DNA of 64,000 nucleotides from Candidatus Poribacteria bacterium (GTDB lineage Bacteria; Poribacteria; WGA-4E; WGA-3G): NCBI GenBank assembly GCA_965242965.1, contig OZ251518.1, positions 3,168,001 to 3,232,000 of the forward strand, read 5' to 3'. Shown piece by piece: positions 49,974 to 59,360 of this stretch (position 1 is its first letter; each line of letters starts with the position of its first letter). The notes under the pieces were generated by a model. It saw only the letters and a program-made list of their open reading frames with translations, ran no database searches and was not told where the DNA came from. The position numbers and the translations under genes were made by a program.

Positions 49974-51209
49974 ATGAACTACAACGGAAAACTTCAACAA
50001 CTGAAGCAACTGCTTGATACACATCACGAGTATCGGCAAACCTGCCTCAACCTTATCGCTTCGGAGAATACGCCATCGCCGATGGTAGAAGCACTGCTGG
50101 ACGAACGGCTCGCGCGGCGGTATGGTAACTATATCGGCATCGCGCTTTCGCAGCGGCACTACAAAGGCAATCGCCACATCGTCGAGATAGAGGCGTTCAC
50201 GCACGAGTTAGCGAAAGAGCTCTTCGGCGCGTCTTACGTCGATTTTCGGCCCCTTTCCGGCAATATCGCCGGGATTGCGGCGACGTTCGCGCTGTGCGAA
50301 CCGGGGGATACGGTGCTGGAAGTTGACGATGGGCACCGGTATGCCTATAAATTGGCATCGTCTTCACTGAAGGTGAACCTCAAATCTATTCCGATTCCGT
50401 GGGATGCGCCTCGTTCAAACATCGCGCTGTCCGAAACCGTCGCGCTCATCGAGGAACACCGTCCGAAAGTGGTGAATATTGGGACAGGCGTGTTCCTGTT
50501 TCCACAGCCGGTTCGGGAGTTGAAGGAAGCGATGCGCCGTGCTAATCGGGATGCATATCTCATCTACGACGCTGCACATGTCATGGGGCTCATCGCCGGT
50601 GGGCGGTTTCAATCGCCTTTTGAGGAAGGCGCGGATGTGATTATTTCCAGCACACATAAAACCCTCGCCGGCCCACAAGGCGGCATGATATTAACCAACG
50701 ATAAATCCATCGCGGAACGGGTTGCGGAGACGCTCTATCCGTTGCTGATGAGCAATCACCATCTGAGTCGGCTCCCCGCGTTAGCCGGAACGTTTTTAGA
50801 ATGGCTGGCATTCGGAGAAGCACATGCGGATGCCATCGTGGCGAACGCGCAGGCTTTAGGACAGGCATTGGCAAACCGCGGCGTGCCAATGCTTGCTGCC
50901 GAACTCGGTTTCACAGCGTCGCATACGTTAATACCGATTATAGATAGATATGGCGCAGGCGGCGAACTCGCCTCACAACTGGAGGCGTGCCATATTATCG
51001 CCGGTGCTCTCGAATTGCCGCCGGAAGTGGGAACCTCTGGACTCCGCCTCGGTGTGCAAGAGGTAACCCGATGGGGGATGACACCGGCAGACGCACCAGA
51101 GATTGCAGACTGCATCGTCGCCGCACTCACCGGCGCGAGCCCTGACGTTGTCAAACCGAAAGTGGCACAAGTAGCGCGCCGATTCAATACAGTGCGCTGG
51201 ACGCTATAA
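49974..51209 (+). CDS. Serine hydroxymethyltransferase-like PLP enzyme
   Basis: NLIASEN, PLSG, YDAAHVMGLIAGG, STHKTLAGPQGG and SGLRLG motifs. It lacks the canonical GGHLSH segment. Confidence 0.8.
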   Translation: MNYNGKLQQLKQLLDTHHEYRQTCLNLIASENTPSPMVEALLDERLARRYGNYIGIALSQRHYKGNRHIVEIEAFTHELAKELFGASYVDFRPLSGNIAGIAATFALCEPGDTVLEVDDGHRYAYKLASSSLKVNLKSIPIPWDAPRSNIALSETVALIEEHRPKVVNIGTGVFLFPQPVRELKEAMRRANRDAYLIYDAAHVMGLIAGGRFQSPFEEGADVIISSTHKTLAGPQGGMILTNDKSIAERVAETLYPLLMSNHHLSRLPALAGTFLEWLAFGEAHADAIVANAQALGQALANRGVPMLAAELGFTASHTLIPIIDRYGAGGELASQLEACHIIAGALELPPEVGTSGLRLGVQEVTRWGMTPADAPEIADCIVAALTGASPDVVKPKVAQVARRFNTVRWTL

Positions 51210-51221
51210 ATAGGAGGAACT

Positions 51222-52535
51222 ATGCTAGAAAAACTCTTTAAACTCACTGAACTAGGCACAACGACGAAGCGTGAGATTATCGCGGGCTGCACCACCTTCA
51301 TGACGTTGTCCTATATCATTTTCGTTTGCCCTAACCTGATGTCGCTGACAGGCATGGATAGGGGAGCCGCGATGGTGGCTACCTGCCTTGCCGCCGCGGG
51401 TTCAATGTTTCTGATGGCGTTCCTCGCGAACTACCCCATCGCATTGGCACCCGGCATGGGCATTATCCCTGTCTTTGTCTTTGGGCTTTGCCAAGGCTTG
51501 GGGTTGCCGTGGCAAGAGGCACTCGGCATCGTGTTTATCTCTGGTGTCTTATTCATCTTGCTTGCTGTCGCCGGGGTGCGGGAGGCAGTGATGAACGCAA
51601 TTCCACGCTCACTTCAACAGGCGATTGCAGTCGGCATCGGGTTGTTCATCGCCTTCATCGGTTTGAAGATGGGCGGCATCGTCACAGCGCACCCGGCGAC
51701 GTTCGTAACGCACGGCAAATTTGTGTCGCCGCCGGTGCTACTCGCGCTATTCGGCGTAGTGCTGACGATGATGCTGATGGCGCGCAATGTGCCCGGTGCG
51801 ATTCTCATCGGCATGCTCAGCACTGGCGTTGTTAGTCTGCTATTCGGCCTTGTCAAATTTGAGGGCATCGTTGCACTGCCGCCTTCCATCGCGCCGACAG
51901 CGTTCAAGTTGCAATTTCCGAACCTCTTCGCGAGCCCGGAGCTTTTCGCCATGATTTTCGTCTTCTTTTTCGTGGACATGTTTGATAGCATCGGCACCTT
52001 CACGGCTGTCGGGCATCAGGCGGGGCTCCTCACGGATGGCAAACTGCCTAAGGCGCGGCAGGCACTCCTCACGGATGCAGTCGGTTCTGCCGGCGGCGCG
52101 CTCCTTGGCACCTCCACGGTGACGAGTTACATCGAGAGTTCTGCCGGCATCGCCGCAGGTGGACGCACCGGGCTGACGACTATTGTTACAGGGCTGCTGA
52201 TGTTAGTGGCACTCTTTTTCGAGCCGCTCGTTAGCATTGTTGGGGCCCCTGTTGGCGAAGCAGGATTGAATCCTGCCATTGCCCCGGCTTTAATCATTGT
52301 CGGCAGTCTCATGATTAAAGGTATCGCAACCATTGAATGGGACGATTTGACAGAGGCGGTTCCGGCGTTCCTGACGCTCGTCATGATGCCGTTGGCTTTC
52401 AGCGTTACAGAGGGCATCGCCTTCGGATTCATCGCGTATGCCTTCATGAAACTCGTCACCGGCCGCGCGAAAGAGGCGCATTGGCTCATTTACCTGTTCG
52501 CCGTTCTCTTTATCGCACTGTATTTTATCCGATAA
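51222..52535 (+). CDS. NCS2/AzgA family nucleobase permease
   Basis: EIIAGCTTFMTLSYI, LAPGMG, DMFDSIGT and YIESSAGIAAGGRTGL motifs. Confidence 0.92.
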   Translation: MLEKLFKLTELGTTTKREIIAGCTTFMTLSYIIFVCPNLMSLTGMDRGAAMVATCLAAAGSMFLMAFLANYPIALAPGMGIIPVFVFGLCQGLGLPWQEALGIVFISGVLFILLAVAGVREAVMNAIPRSLQQAIAVGIGLFIAFIGLKMGGIVTAHPATFVTHGKFVSPPVLLALFGVVLTMMLMARNVPGAILIGMLSTGVVSLLFGLVKFEGIVALPPSIAPTAFKLQFPNLFASPELFAMIFVFFFVDMFDSIGTFTAVGHQAGLLTDGKLPKARQALLTDAVGSAGGALLGTSTVTSYIESSAGIAAGGRTGLTTIVTGLLMLVALFFEPLVSIVGAPVGEAGLNPAIAPALIIVGSLMIKGIATIEWDDLTEAVPAFLTLVMMPLAFSVTEGIAFGFIAYAFMKLVTGRAKEAHWLIYLFAVLFIALYFIR

Positions 52536-52593
52536 CGCGCTTTTTTACTAACGCGACACGTTGGTTAAAACAACGCATTGCGTAGGAGGAAAT

Positions 52594-53916
52594 ATGCTAG
52601 AAAAACTATTTCGCTTGAAAGAATTTGAGACATCAGTCAGACGCGAGGTGGTAGCGGGCTGTACCACCTTCATGACGTTGTCCTATATCATCTTCGTTAA
52701 CCCTAACCTTCTTTCGCTGGCGGGCATGAATAGCGGTTCTGTCATGGTTGCTACCTGCGTGTCCAGCGCGCTGGCGATGTTCCTGATGGGTTTCCTGACG
52801 AACTACCCTATCGCGCTGGCACCGGGCATGGGCATTAACGCCTATTTTGTCTTCAACCTCTGCCTTGGGGTAGGCATACCGTGGCAAGAGGCACTCGGCA
52901 TCGTGTTTATCTCCGGCGCGTTATTCGTGCTGCTCTCCCTCGTCGGTGTCCGAGAGACGCTGATGAACTCCCTGCCATCTGCACTCCAAAACGCGATGGC
53001 TGGCGGCATCGGGTTGTTCATCGCCTTCATCGGTTTGCAGATGAGCGGTATCGTCACGGCGCACCCGGCAACGTTTGTCACCCTCGGCAGTTTGGGCTCT
53101 ACGCCGGTGCTCCTTTCGCTGGTGGGGATTCTGGTAACGCTGTTACTCATGGCGCGCAAAGTGCCGGGCGCGATTCTCCTCGGCATCTTGGTATCCGCAG
53201 TGCTTAACTTGGCGTTTGGACTGGTGAAATTTGAGGGCATCGTCGCCCTGCCACCCTCCATTGAGCCGACATTCTTCGCACTCCGATTCCCGGATTTCAG
53301 CAGAATGGAGCTCATCCCTGTCATCTTTGTCTTCTTTTCCGTTGACATGTTTGACAGCGTCGGCACTTTCACCGCGACGAGTCAGCAGGCGGGATTGCTC
53401 CAATACGGCAGACTCCCCAAGGCACGGAACGCACTGTTGGCAGATGCAGTCGGTTCCACGGGCGGCGCGCTCCTCGGCACCTCCACGGTGACGAGTTATA
53501 TTGAGAGCGCATCCGGCATCGCAACAGGCGGACGCACCGGGCTGACGACTATTGTCACCGGGTTGCTGATGTTAGTGGCACTCTTCTTTAGTCCACTCAT
53601 TAAAATTGTTGGAGGGGGCTATGTCGTTGAAGGCGGTGGGACGCTTTATCCTGTAATCGGTCCGACGCTAATTATTGTCGGCTGTTTAATGCTTAAACCC
53701 ATCGTCAACATCAAATGGGACGACATCACGGAAGCGATTCCGGCGTTCCTCTGCTTGGTGATGATGCCGTTCAGTTTCAGCATTACCGATGGCATTGCGT
53801 TGGGGTTCATCTCAACGGCTATCCTGAAGCTTATCACTAACCGCCGAAAAGAGGTGCATGAATTCATCTATTACTTCGCGGTATTCTTCATCGCGCGGTA
53901 TATCGGCTTTGCATAG
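52594..53916 (+). CDS. NCS2/AzgA family nucleobase permease (tandem paralog)
   Basis: Same motifs as the first copy; AGGAGG RBS before ATG 52594. Confidence 0.92.
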   Translation: MLEKLFRLKEFETSVRREVVAGCTTFMTLSYIIFVNPNLLSLAGMNSGSVMVATCVSSALAMFLMGFLTNYPIALAPGMGINAYFVFNLCLGVGIPWQEALGIVFISGALFVLLSLVGVRETLMNSLPSALQNAMAGGIGLFIAFIGLQMSGIVTAHPATFVTLGSLGSTPVLLSLVGILVTLLLMARKVPGAILLGILVSAVLNLAFGLVKFEGIVALPPSIEPTFFALRFPDFSRMELIPVIFVFFSVDMFDSVGTFTATSQQAGLLQYGRLPKARNALLADAVGSTGGALLGTSTVTSYIESASGIATGGRTGLTTIVTGLLMLVALFFSPLIKIVGGGYVVEGGGTLYPVIGPTLIIVGCLMLKPIVNIKWDDITEAIPAFLCLVMMPFSFSITDGIALGFISTAILKLITNRRKEVHEFIYYFAVFFIARYIGFA

Positions 53917-53919
53917 TGT

Positions 53920-54135
53920 CCTAGGGCGAGGGGCATCTTGTCCCTCGCCTTGCACCGAACTATCTTCCAATACCGTAGGGCGAGGGCCTGTCCCTCGCCA
54001 TGCTCGTCTTCGCGTAGTTGCCTAGGGCGAGAGGCATCCTGTCCCTCGCCTTGCACCGAACTACCTCCCTTCACCGTAGGGCGAGGGCCCTCGCATGCCA
54101 CACGCGCATGCGAGAGGGTATCCCTCGCCATGCAC
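53920..54135. repeat. REP cluster
   Basis: TAGGGCGAGGG...CCCTCGCC units. Confidence 0.7.
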
Positions 54136-54290
54136 CGAACGCACCAGAAAACGTTTCCCCACGCTGCTTCAAAACCAGGGTTTCGCAAGAACCTGTCCTC
54201 ACGTTACGCTCAAAACTTTGCGCGCATTTTTTTGATACTTAACACTTCTTTATGATATAATAGTTTCAAAACCCATTGAAGGAAAAAATC

Positions 54291-55562
54291 ATGGCAATGA
54301 ACAAGAACGGATTTATTGAAGCAGTCCGCAACGAAGACGTGAAAACCGTCAAAACCCTCTTGAAAAATGACACCGTCCTCGCTGCGCATATTAACGAACC
54401 GTGGCTTGACTTTGACGCGCCCGCGATTGTCTTCGCGGCCTCAAGGGGAAACCGCGAACTCATTGATGTCCTTCTCGCTGCCGGCGCGGACATTGATGTC
54501 AAGAGCGCGTGGTGGGCAGGCGGCACCTCGGCACTGCAGCACGCCGCGGGTTCCATGCTCGCCTATAACAAAGAATTGGCAGCGCACCTAATTGCCCGCG
54601 GCGCGACAATTGATGCGCACGTCGCCGCTGGTCTGGACATGCCGGAGAAATTGGAGGCACTCATTCGCGAGAACCCTGAGGTGGTAAACGCGCCAGGGTG
54701 CGATGGAATGTCCCCGCTCCATTTCGCCGCGACACCGCAGATTGCCGAACTGCTCCTCGCGCACGGCGCGGACAAAAATCTGCGGGACCGGGACCACGGT
54801 GGCACCGCCGCCCAATGGACAATGTGGAACCGAACGGATGTCTGCCGCTACCTCCTCGAACGAGAGGCAGAAGGCGATATCGTGCTTTACTGCGCGATGG
54901 GCAACGTTGAACGCGCGAAAGCGGCAATCCAAGAAAACCCCGAATTGCTTAATCTGCGGATAAAAGCAGAACTTTCCGAAGGTTACGCCGTCGCGCCGTT
55001 GAATTGGCCCTACAAGCACTGCAAACGCGTCGGCGAAGTGCCCGGTGGACATGTCTACGCATACGAAGTCGGACGGAATACGCCGCTGCTTGAAATCGCG
55101 CTGCGGTTTAAACAGCCGACAATCGTTGACATGCTCATGGACTGCGGGTATCAAATCAAACTGCGGGAGTGGTATCCCCTCGTTGGACAAGGACCGCGAC
55201 GGTTTGATGCTCTTGTCAAAGGGTTCCTGAGCAAGGGATGGGACATCAACGCACGGCAACAGCATCGGCACGGGATGTGGGCACCATTGCACTGGCTGGC
55301 GCGACGCGGGTTAACTGCCGGCATCCGCTGCCTGCTTGAAAACGGCGCAGAACCGAACGTTGTCGATGATACTGGACGAACGCCCATGCATATCATCGCG
55401 GAAAAGGGTATCGGGAAAAACCAAGTGCAGCTGCTCATCGAACACGGCGGCGATGTCAACGCGCGCGATGCTAATGGGCAAACGCCGCTGGATGCCGCGC
55501 GGCAAGCCAAGAAGAAATCTGTCGCGAATTTTCTCGCCAAACTCGCAGAAGGAGGCAACTAA
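54291..55562 (+). CDS. Ankyrin repeat protein
   Basis: LLAAGADID, DGMSPLHFAA, GRTPMH and GQTPLD units; TTGATA-N18-TATAAT promoter at 54232-54261. Confidence 0.88.
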   Translation: MAMNKNGFIEAVRNEDVKTVKTLLKNDTVLAAHINEPWLDFDAPAIVFAASRGNRELIDVLLAAGADIDVKSAWWAGGTSALQHAAGSMLAYNKELAAHLIARGATIDAHVAAGLDMPEKLEALIRENPEVVNAPGCDGMSPLHFAATPQIAELLLAHGADKNLRDRDHGGTAAQWTMWNRTDVCRYLLEREAEGDIVLYCAMGNVERAKAAIQENPELLNLRIKAELSEGYAVAPLNWPYKHCKRVGEVPGGHVYAYEVGRNTPLLEIALRFKQPTIVDMLMDCGYQIKLREWYPLVGQGPRRFDALVKGFLSKGWDINARQQHRHGMWAPLHWLARRGLTAGIRCLLENGAEPNVVDDTGRTPMHIIAEKGIGKNQVQLLIEHGGDVNARDANGQTPLDAARQAKKKSVANFLAKLAEGGN

Positions 55563-55563
55563 A

Positions 55564-56622
55564 ATGAGCAAGATGTTACGGAGATTATACAATTTTTCCG
55601 GGAGACATGCTTTGAAAGCTCGCTTACCGGGGCTGTTAGGATTCGCTACACTCGCGCTTCTCTTGTGGTGCATGTCTGTTGAGGCTGTGATTCACCTCTG
55701 TCAACTCGGTGAAAAGCAGGAGCCGACGCTTGACAGACTCCTCCCCGATGTCGCGCGATTTATGGCGTTTAACAAGGACGGCACTAAACTCATAGCGAAA
55801 GGGATGGGCGGCACCGTCGTTGAATGGGATATCGCCGCGCGTCAAAAGCGCGAGGTGACGAACATCGACGCGAAGCGGTGGTTCGCCTACGCTGTCGACA
55901 CCAATCAACTTCTCGTGAGAAAAGCAGATGACGACATCGTTCTCCTCTCCGTTGCGAGTGGCGAAGAAACGCGCCTGACGCACGGCGAATATGAGAGCGG
56001 CGACATCTCCGCCGATGGAACGCTCGTCGTGCTGACGAACGGCGAGACTTCGGTAGAAGTGTGGCAGATTCAGCCCGCTGCAGTCCAGAAACTGAAGACG
56101 TTGGAGACTGCCTTCCCTGTTCGGAACGGCCTCGCTATCTCCGCCGATGGAAACGTTATCGCGGCAGCGGAAGGCACTTATCACGAGGGACATCAAACGG
56201 TAATTGAGGTGTGGTATTCCTCGCAAGAGGGCCCGGCGCGTCGCATCAACACCGGCACCATTCTGGGCGTGTGGAATCTGTTATTCTCTCCCGATGGAAC
56301 GATGCTGGCTGTTGACTCGCAGCACCAAGCGCAATCAGGGATTCGTGTTTGGGAGGTAGAAACTGGCAGGCAGCTGCTGAGCCGAGATGGTTTTGAGGCG
56401 TATTGGACACGCGCCCTCGCCTTCTCCCTGATTTCCGGCACGCTTGCCTCTGGCGATGAGGGCGGCAATCTTGTCCTGTGGGATATTCGCACCGATGATG
56501 CGATGTGGCGCGAAACTTATCCCACCGGCATCCAATCCATCGCCTTCTCCCCGGACGGTGAGTCTGTGGCAGTCGCGCTTTGGGATGCCACGATTCAAAT
56601 CCTACAATGGAGGAAACAATGA
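55564..56622 (+). CDS. WD40 repeat protein with an N-terminal TM or signal segment
   Basis: FSPDG...LA, IRVWEVETG and LASG...LWDI units; GGAGG RBS. Confidence 0.85.
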   Translation: MSKMLRRLYNFSGRHALKARLPGLLGFATLALLLWCMSVEAVIHLCQLGEKQEPTLDRLLPDVARFMAFNKDGTKLIAKGMGGTVVEWDIAARQKREVTNIDAKRWFAYAVDTNQLLVRKADDDIVLLSVASGEETRLTHGEYESGDISADGTLVVLTNGETSVEVWQIQPAAVQKLKTLETAFPVRNGLAISADGNVIAAAEGTYHEGHQTVIEVWYSSQEGPARRINTGTILGVWNLLFSPDGTMLAVDSQHQAQSGIRVWEVETGRQLLSRDGFEAYWTRALAFSLISGTLASGDEGGNLVLWDIRTDDAMWRETYPTGIQSIAFSPDGESVAVALWDATIQILQWRKQ

Positions 56623-57131
56623 GCAACACAGGCAGTTACACTGACGAAAAAGGCCGCACTCGCTGGCATCGCAACGATGAGATTGCGCTCAGACTTCTGG
56701 AGCTCCATACCTTTCTCATCATCACCGATTACCCGGAAGAGCACGCGACGCGATACACGTGGTTGGCACACTACATCTCTCGCTTCCCGGAATCCATCGA
56801 CGCGGTTTTCCGGCAGGGCCGGTTGCAAGAGGAAATCCCCGGAGCCGGTGAAATGATGGAGACGCTCATCGGCGAATTTTTAACGACAGGCACCTGCGCG
56901 AAGTTGGAAGAATGCATCGGCGACACGCCTCGCACTGTAGCCGAACTCGTGCCTATCCCCGGCCTCGGTGCCAAGACAATCAAGCGGCTCTATCAGGAGA
57001 TTGGGGTGGAGAGTCTTGTCTCGCTGCGGGCTGCAATTGACGAAGGGCGACTCAAGGGGTTCCGCGGCATCGGCCCGAAGACGTTGGAGAAAATCGAGGC
57101 GTATCTTGACACGGTGCTCGGCGGCACGTAG
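56619..57131 (+). CDS. Stand-alone helix-hairpin-helix protein resembling the N-terminal domains of DNA polymerase X
   Basis: NDEIA, IPGAG, IPGLGAKT and FRGIGPKT motifs; no polymerase palm; ATGA overlap with the WD40 gene. Confidence 0.75.
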   Translation: MSNTGSYTDEKGRTRWHRNDEIALRLLELHTFLIITDYPEEHATRYTWLAHYISRFPESIDAVFRQGRLQEEIPGAGEMMETLIGEFLTTGTCAKLEECIGDTPRTVAELVPIPGLGAKTIKRLYQEIGVESLVSLRAAIDEGRLKGFRGIGPKTLEKIEAYLDTVLGGT

Positions 57132-57169
57132 GGCAAGGGGCTGTCCTTGGCTTTGTCAGAGACTTCGCG

Positions 57170-57412
57170 GTTGCCCGTAGGGCGAGGGCCTGTCCCTCGC
57201 CATGCAGCGGCTGCGCAGATACCGTAGGGCGAGGGCCTGTCCCTCGCCATGCAGCGACCGCGCGGATACCGTAGGGCGATGGGCTGTCTGCGATGTCTCA
57301 TCGAGACCAGGAGGTCTCTCCTACCTGCACATCGGCCCGTAGGGCGAGGGCCTGTCCCTCGCCATGCTGCGACTGCGTAGATAACGTAGGGCGAGGGCCT
57401 GTCCCTCGCCAC
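57170..57412. repeat. REP cluster with four copies of CGTAGGGCGAGGGCCTGTCCCTCGCCA
   Basis: Read directly from the sequence. Confidence 0.8.
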
Positions 57413-57481
57413 GCTCAAAGAAAAATTTTCATTGACTTTTACCTGTGAAATCAGGTAAACTAATACAATAAGGAGTTCCTT

Positions 57482-58162
57482 TTGAAAGACGAGAACGAAC
57501 GAGAACTAGACGAACCGGAAGAAGACAAACCGGAAGATAAAGTCGTCAACTTTCTTGGCATCAAGCAAAGTTGGTGGCGCGTCACCTCCAAAATCTATGC
57601 CTTCGTCTTGATGGGGTATGGAATTTGGTATATTTTCTTTCACTTGGAGCATGAAGGGTCCTTCGCTGAGTGGGTTCAGATTGTGGGACAACACATGCTC
57701 ATTGCCAGCGGGTTTTTGATGATTACCATCTATGCTGGCGCAAACATAGGAGATGTGCTGATGATGTTGCACGATTGGTATCGTAACAAACGCGACCGGC
57801 ACCGTCGGGAGACAGAGGCGAAACTCCGCGATACGGTGGCAGCCCTGCAGGTAGCGGAAGAGACGCGCTTCACGGCCGAAGAAGCGCGACGCGAAGCCGA
57901 AGAAGCGCGGCTCGCGGAGGCAGAAGCGCGACGCGTGGCGGAAGAAGAACAACGCGCGGCGGCAGAAGCGCGCCGCATGGCGGAAGAAGAACGCCGCGCC
58001 GCCACCGAAGAGAGCCGCCGGACAGCCGAAGCCGTCGCGCAATTACGTCAAGACTTGGATGCCTGGGATGCTTGGAACCACCGCCGTCTCCAAGCCGCCG
58101 AGAAGGGTGAAGCGTTCAACGAACCGAGTCCCAATAGCACTGCCAGCCAAAACGGACAATGA
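57482..58162 (+). CDS. Hypothetical membrane protein: 2 TM, heptad coiled coil and a WxxWNxRR...GEAFNEP tail
   Basis: TAAGGAG RBS before TTG and a TTGACT-N18-TAAACT promoter. Internal in-frame AGGAG...ATG at 57761. Confidence 0.7.
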   Translation: MKDENERELDEPEEDKPEDKVVNFLGIKQSWWRVTSKIYAFVLMGYGIWYIFFHLEHEGSFAEWVQIVGQHMLIASGFLMITIYAGANIGDVLMMLHDWYRNKRDRHRRETEAKLRDTVAALQVAEETRFTAEEARREAEEARLAEAEARRVAEEEQRAAAEARRMAEEERRAATEESRRTAEAVAQLRQDLDAWDAWNHRRLQAAEKGEAFNEPSPNSTASQNGQ

Positions 58163-58245
58163 ACGGAAAATCGCACGGTAGGCATGAGCATTCGCTCACG
58201 CCTACCGGCCCCGGTTTGTATCACCTCAAAGTAGGAGATGTGCTG

Positions 58246-58521
58246 ATGATGTTGCACGATTGGTATCGTAACAAACGCGACCGGCACCGTCGGGAGACGG
58301 AGGCGAAACTCCGCGCTGCGGTGGCAGCCCTGCAGGTAGCCGAAGAAGAACGACGCGCCGCCACCGAAGAAAGCCGCCGGATAGCCGAAGCAGCCGCGCA
58401 ATTGCGTCAAGACCTGGATGCTTGGCATGCTTGGAACTACCGCCGTCTCCGAGCCGCCGAGAAGGGCGAAGCGTTCAACGAACCGAGTCCCAATGCCACT
58501 GCCAGCCAAAACGGACAATAA
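58246..58521 (+). CDS. Stand-alone copy of the C-terminal part of 57482-58162 (91 aa)
   Basis: 58232-~58572 duplicates 57747-~58210, including the RBS and downstream hairpin, minus 42 aa of heptads. Confidence 0.65.
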   Translation: MMLHDWYRNKRDRHRRETEAKLRAAVAALQVAEEERRAATEESRRIAEAAAQLRQDLDAWHAWNYRRLRAAEKGEAFNEPSPNATASQNGQ

Positions 58522-58598
58522 ACGGAAAACCGCACGGTAGGCACGAGCAGCACTCGCTCGCGCCTACCGGCAGCCGCCCCAAAAGGAGACACGCCCGC

Positions 58599-59360
58599 AT
58601 GGTTTCCACAAAAGAGATTCACACTACCTGCGATGACATCGTGCGCGAATTCGCGCCACGGCAAGTTATCCTTTTCGGTTCTTACGCGTATGGCACGCCG
58701 ACAGAAGAATCGGATGTAGACATGCTCGTTGTCATGGAGACACAGCAGCAAGCATCGGAGATACAAGAACGCATCCCGCGCCGCTTTCACCTCGATTTAC
58801 ATGTCTGGTGCTCGGAAGACGTCGCCTATCGCGTAGCGCATAATGACTGGTTTCTGTGCGAGATTCTCGAAAAAGGCGACGTGCTTTACGAGACAGCGGC
58901 GGCACTGCCACCGCTAAAACTCGCCGAGGATACCTTAGTGCCGATTTGGGAAGAGAAGGGGACGATGAACCCTTTGACATTGGAAAAAATACAAAAGGCT
59001 GAGGATGATTGGGCGATGCTGACGTTGGCACTGCAGTCTCCCAGACCGCTTCGCGACCCGATTTGTTTCCACGCGCAGCAGTGTGTCGAAAAATACCTCA
59101 AGGCGTGGTTGCAGGAGGCAAATATCCGGCCGCCGCGAACACACGAACTCAACGTATTGTTGCATCTGATTGTGCCGGCGCACCCCGAATGGCGCGCGTG
59201 GCGAACGGACTTTGCGAAATTCAAACCGCATGCCGTAGATGCCCGTTATGAGACTTTCATGACAGAAGCGGATGCTGAGCACGCCGTGCGTATCTGCAAC
59301 GAAGTCCGCACCGCTATCCGCGCCGTGCTCCAACTCCCCAACGATGCACAGGAGGAATAA
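58599..59360 (+). CDS. Fused minimal nucleotidyltransferase (MNT)-HEPN protein
   Basis: ILFGSYAYG...SDVD (MNT) and CFHAQQCVEKYLKA...RTHEL (HEPN); AAGGAG RBS. Confidence 0.85.
   Translation: MVSTKEIHTTCDDIVREFAPRQVILFGSYAYGTPTEESDVDMLVVMETQQQASEIQERIPRRFHLDLHVWCSEDVAYRVAHNDWFLCEILEKGDVLYETAAALPPLKLAEDTLVPIWEEKGTMNPLTLEKIQKAEDDWAMLTLALQSPRPLRDPICFHAQQCVEKYLKAWLQEANIRPPRTHELNVLLHLIVPAHPEWRAWRTDFAKFKPHAVDARYETFMTEADAEHAVRICNEVRTAIRAVLQLPNDAQEE

Noticed and set aside
51222-53916. Tandem NCS2 genes as an assembly duplication
   Set aside because: The copies differ substantially at protein level, including indels, so they are true paralogs.
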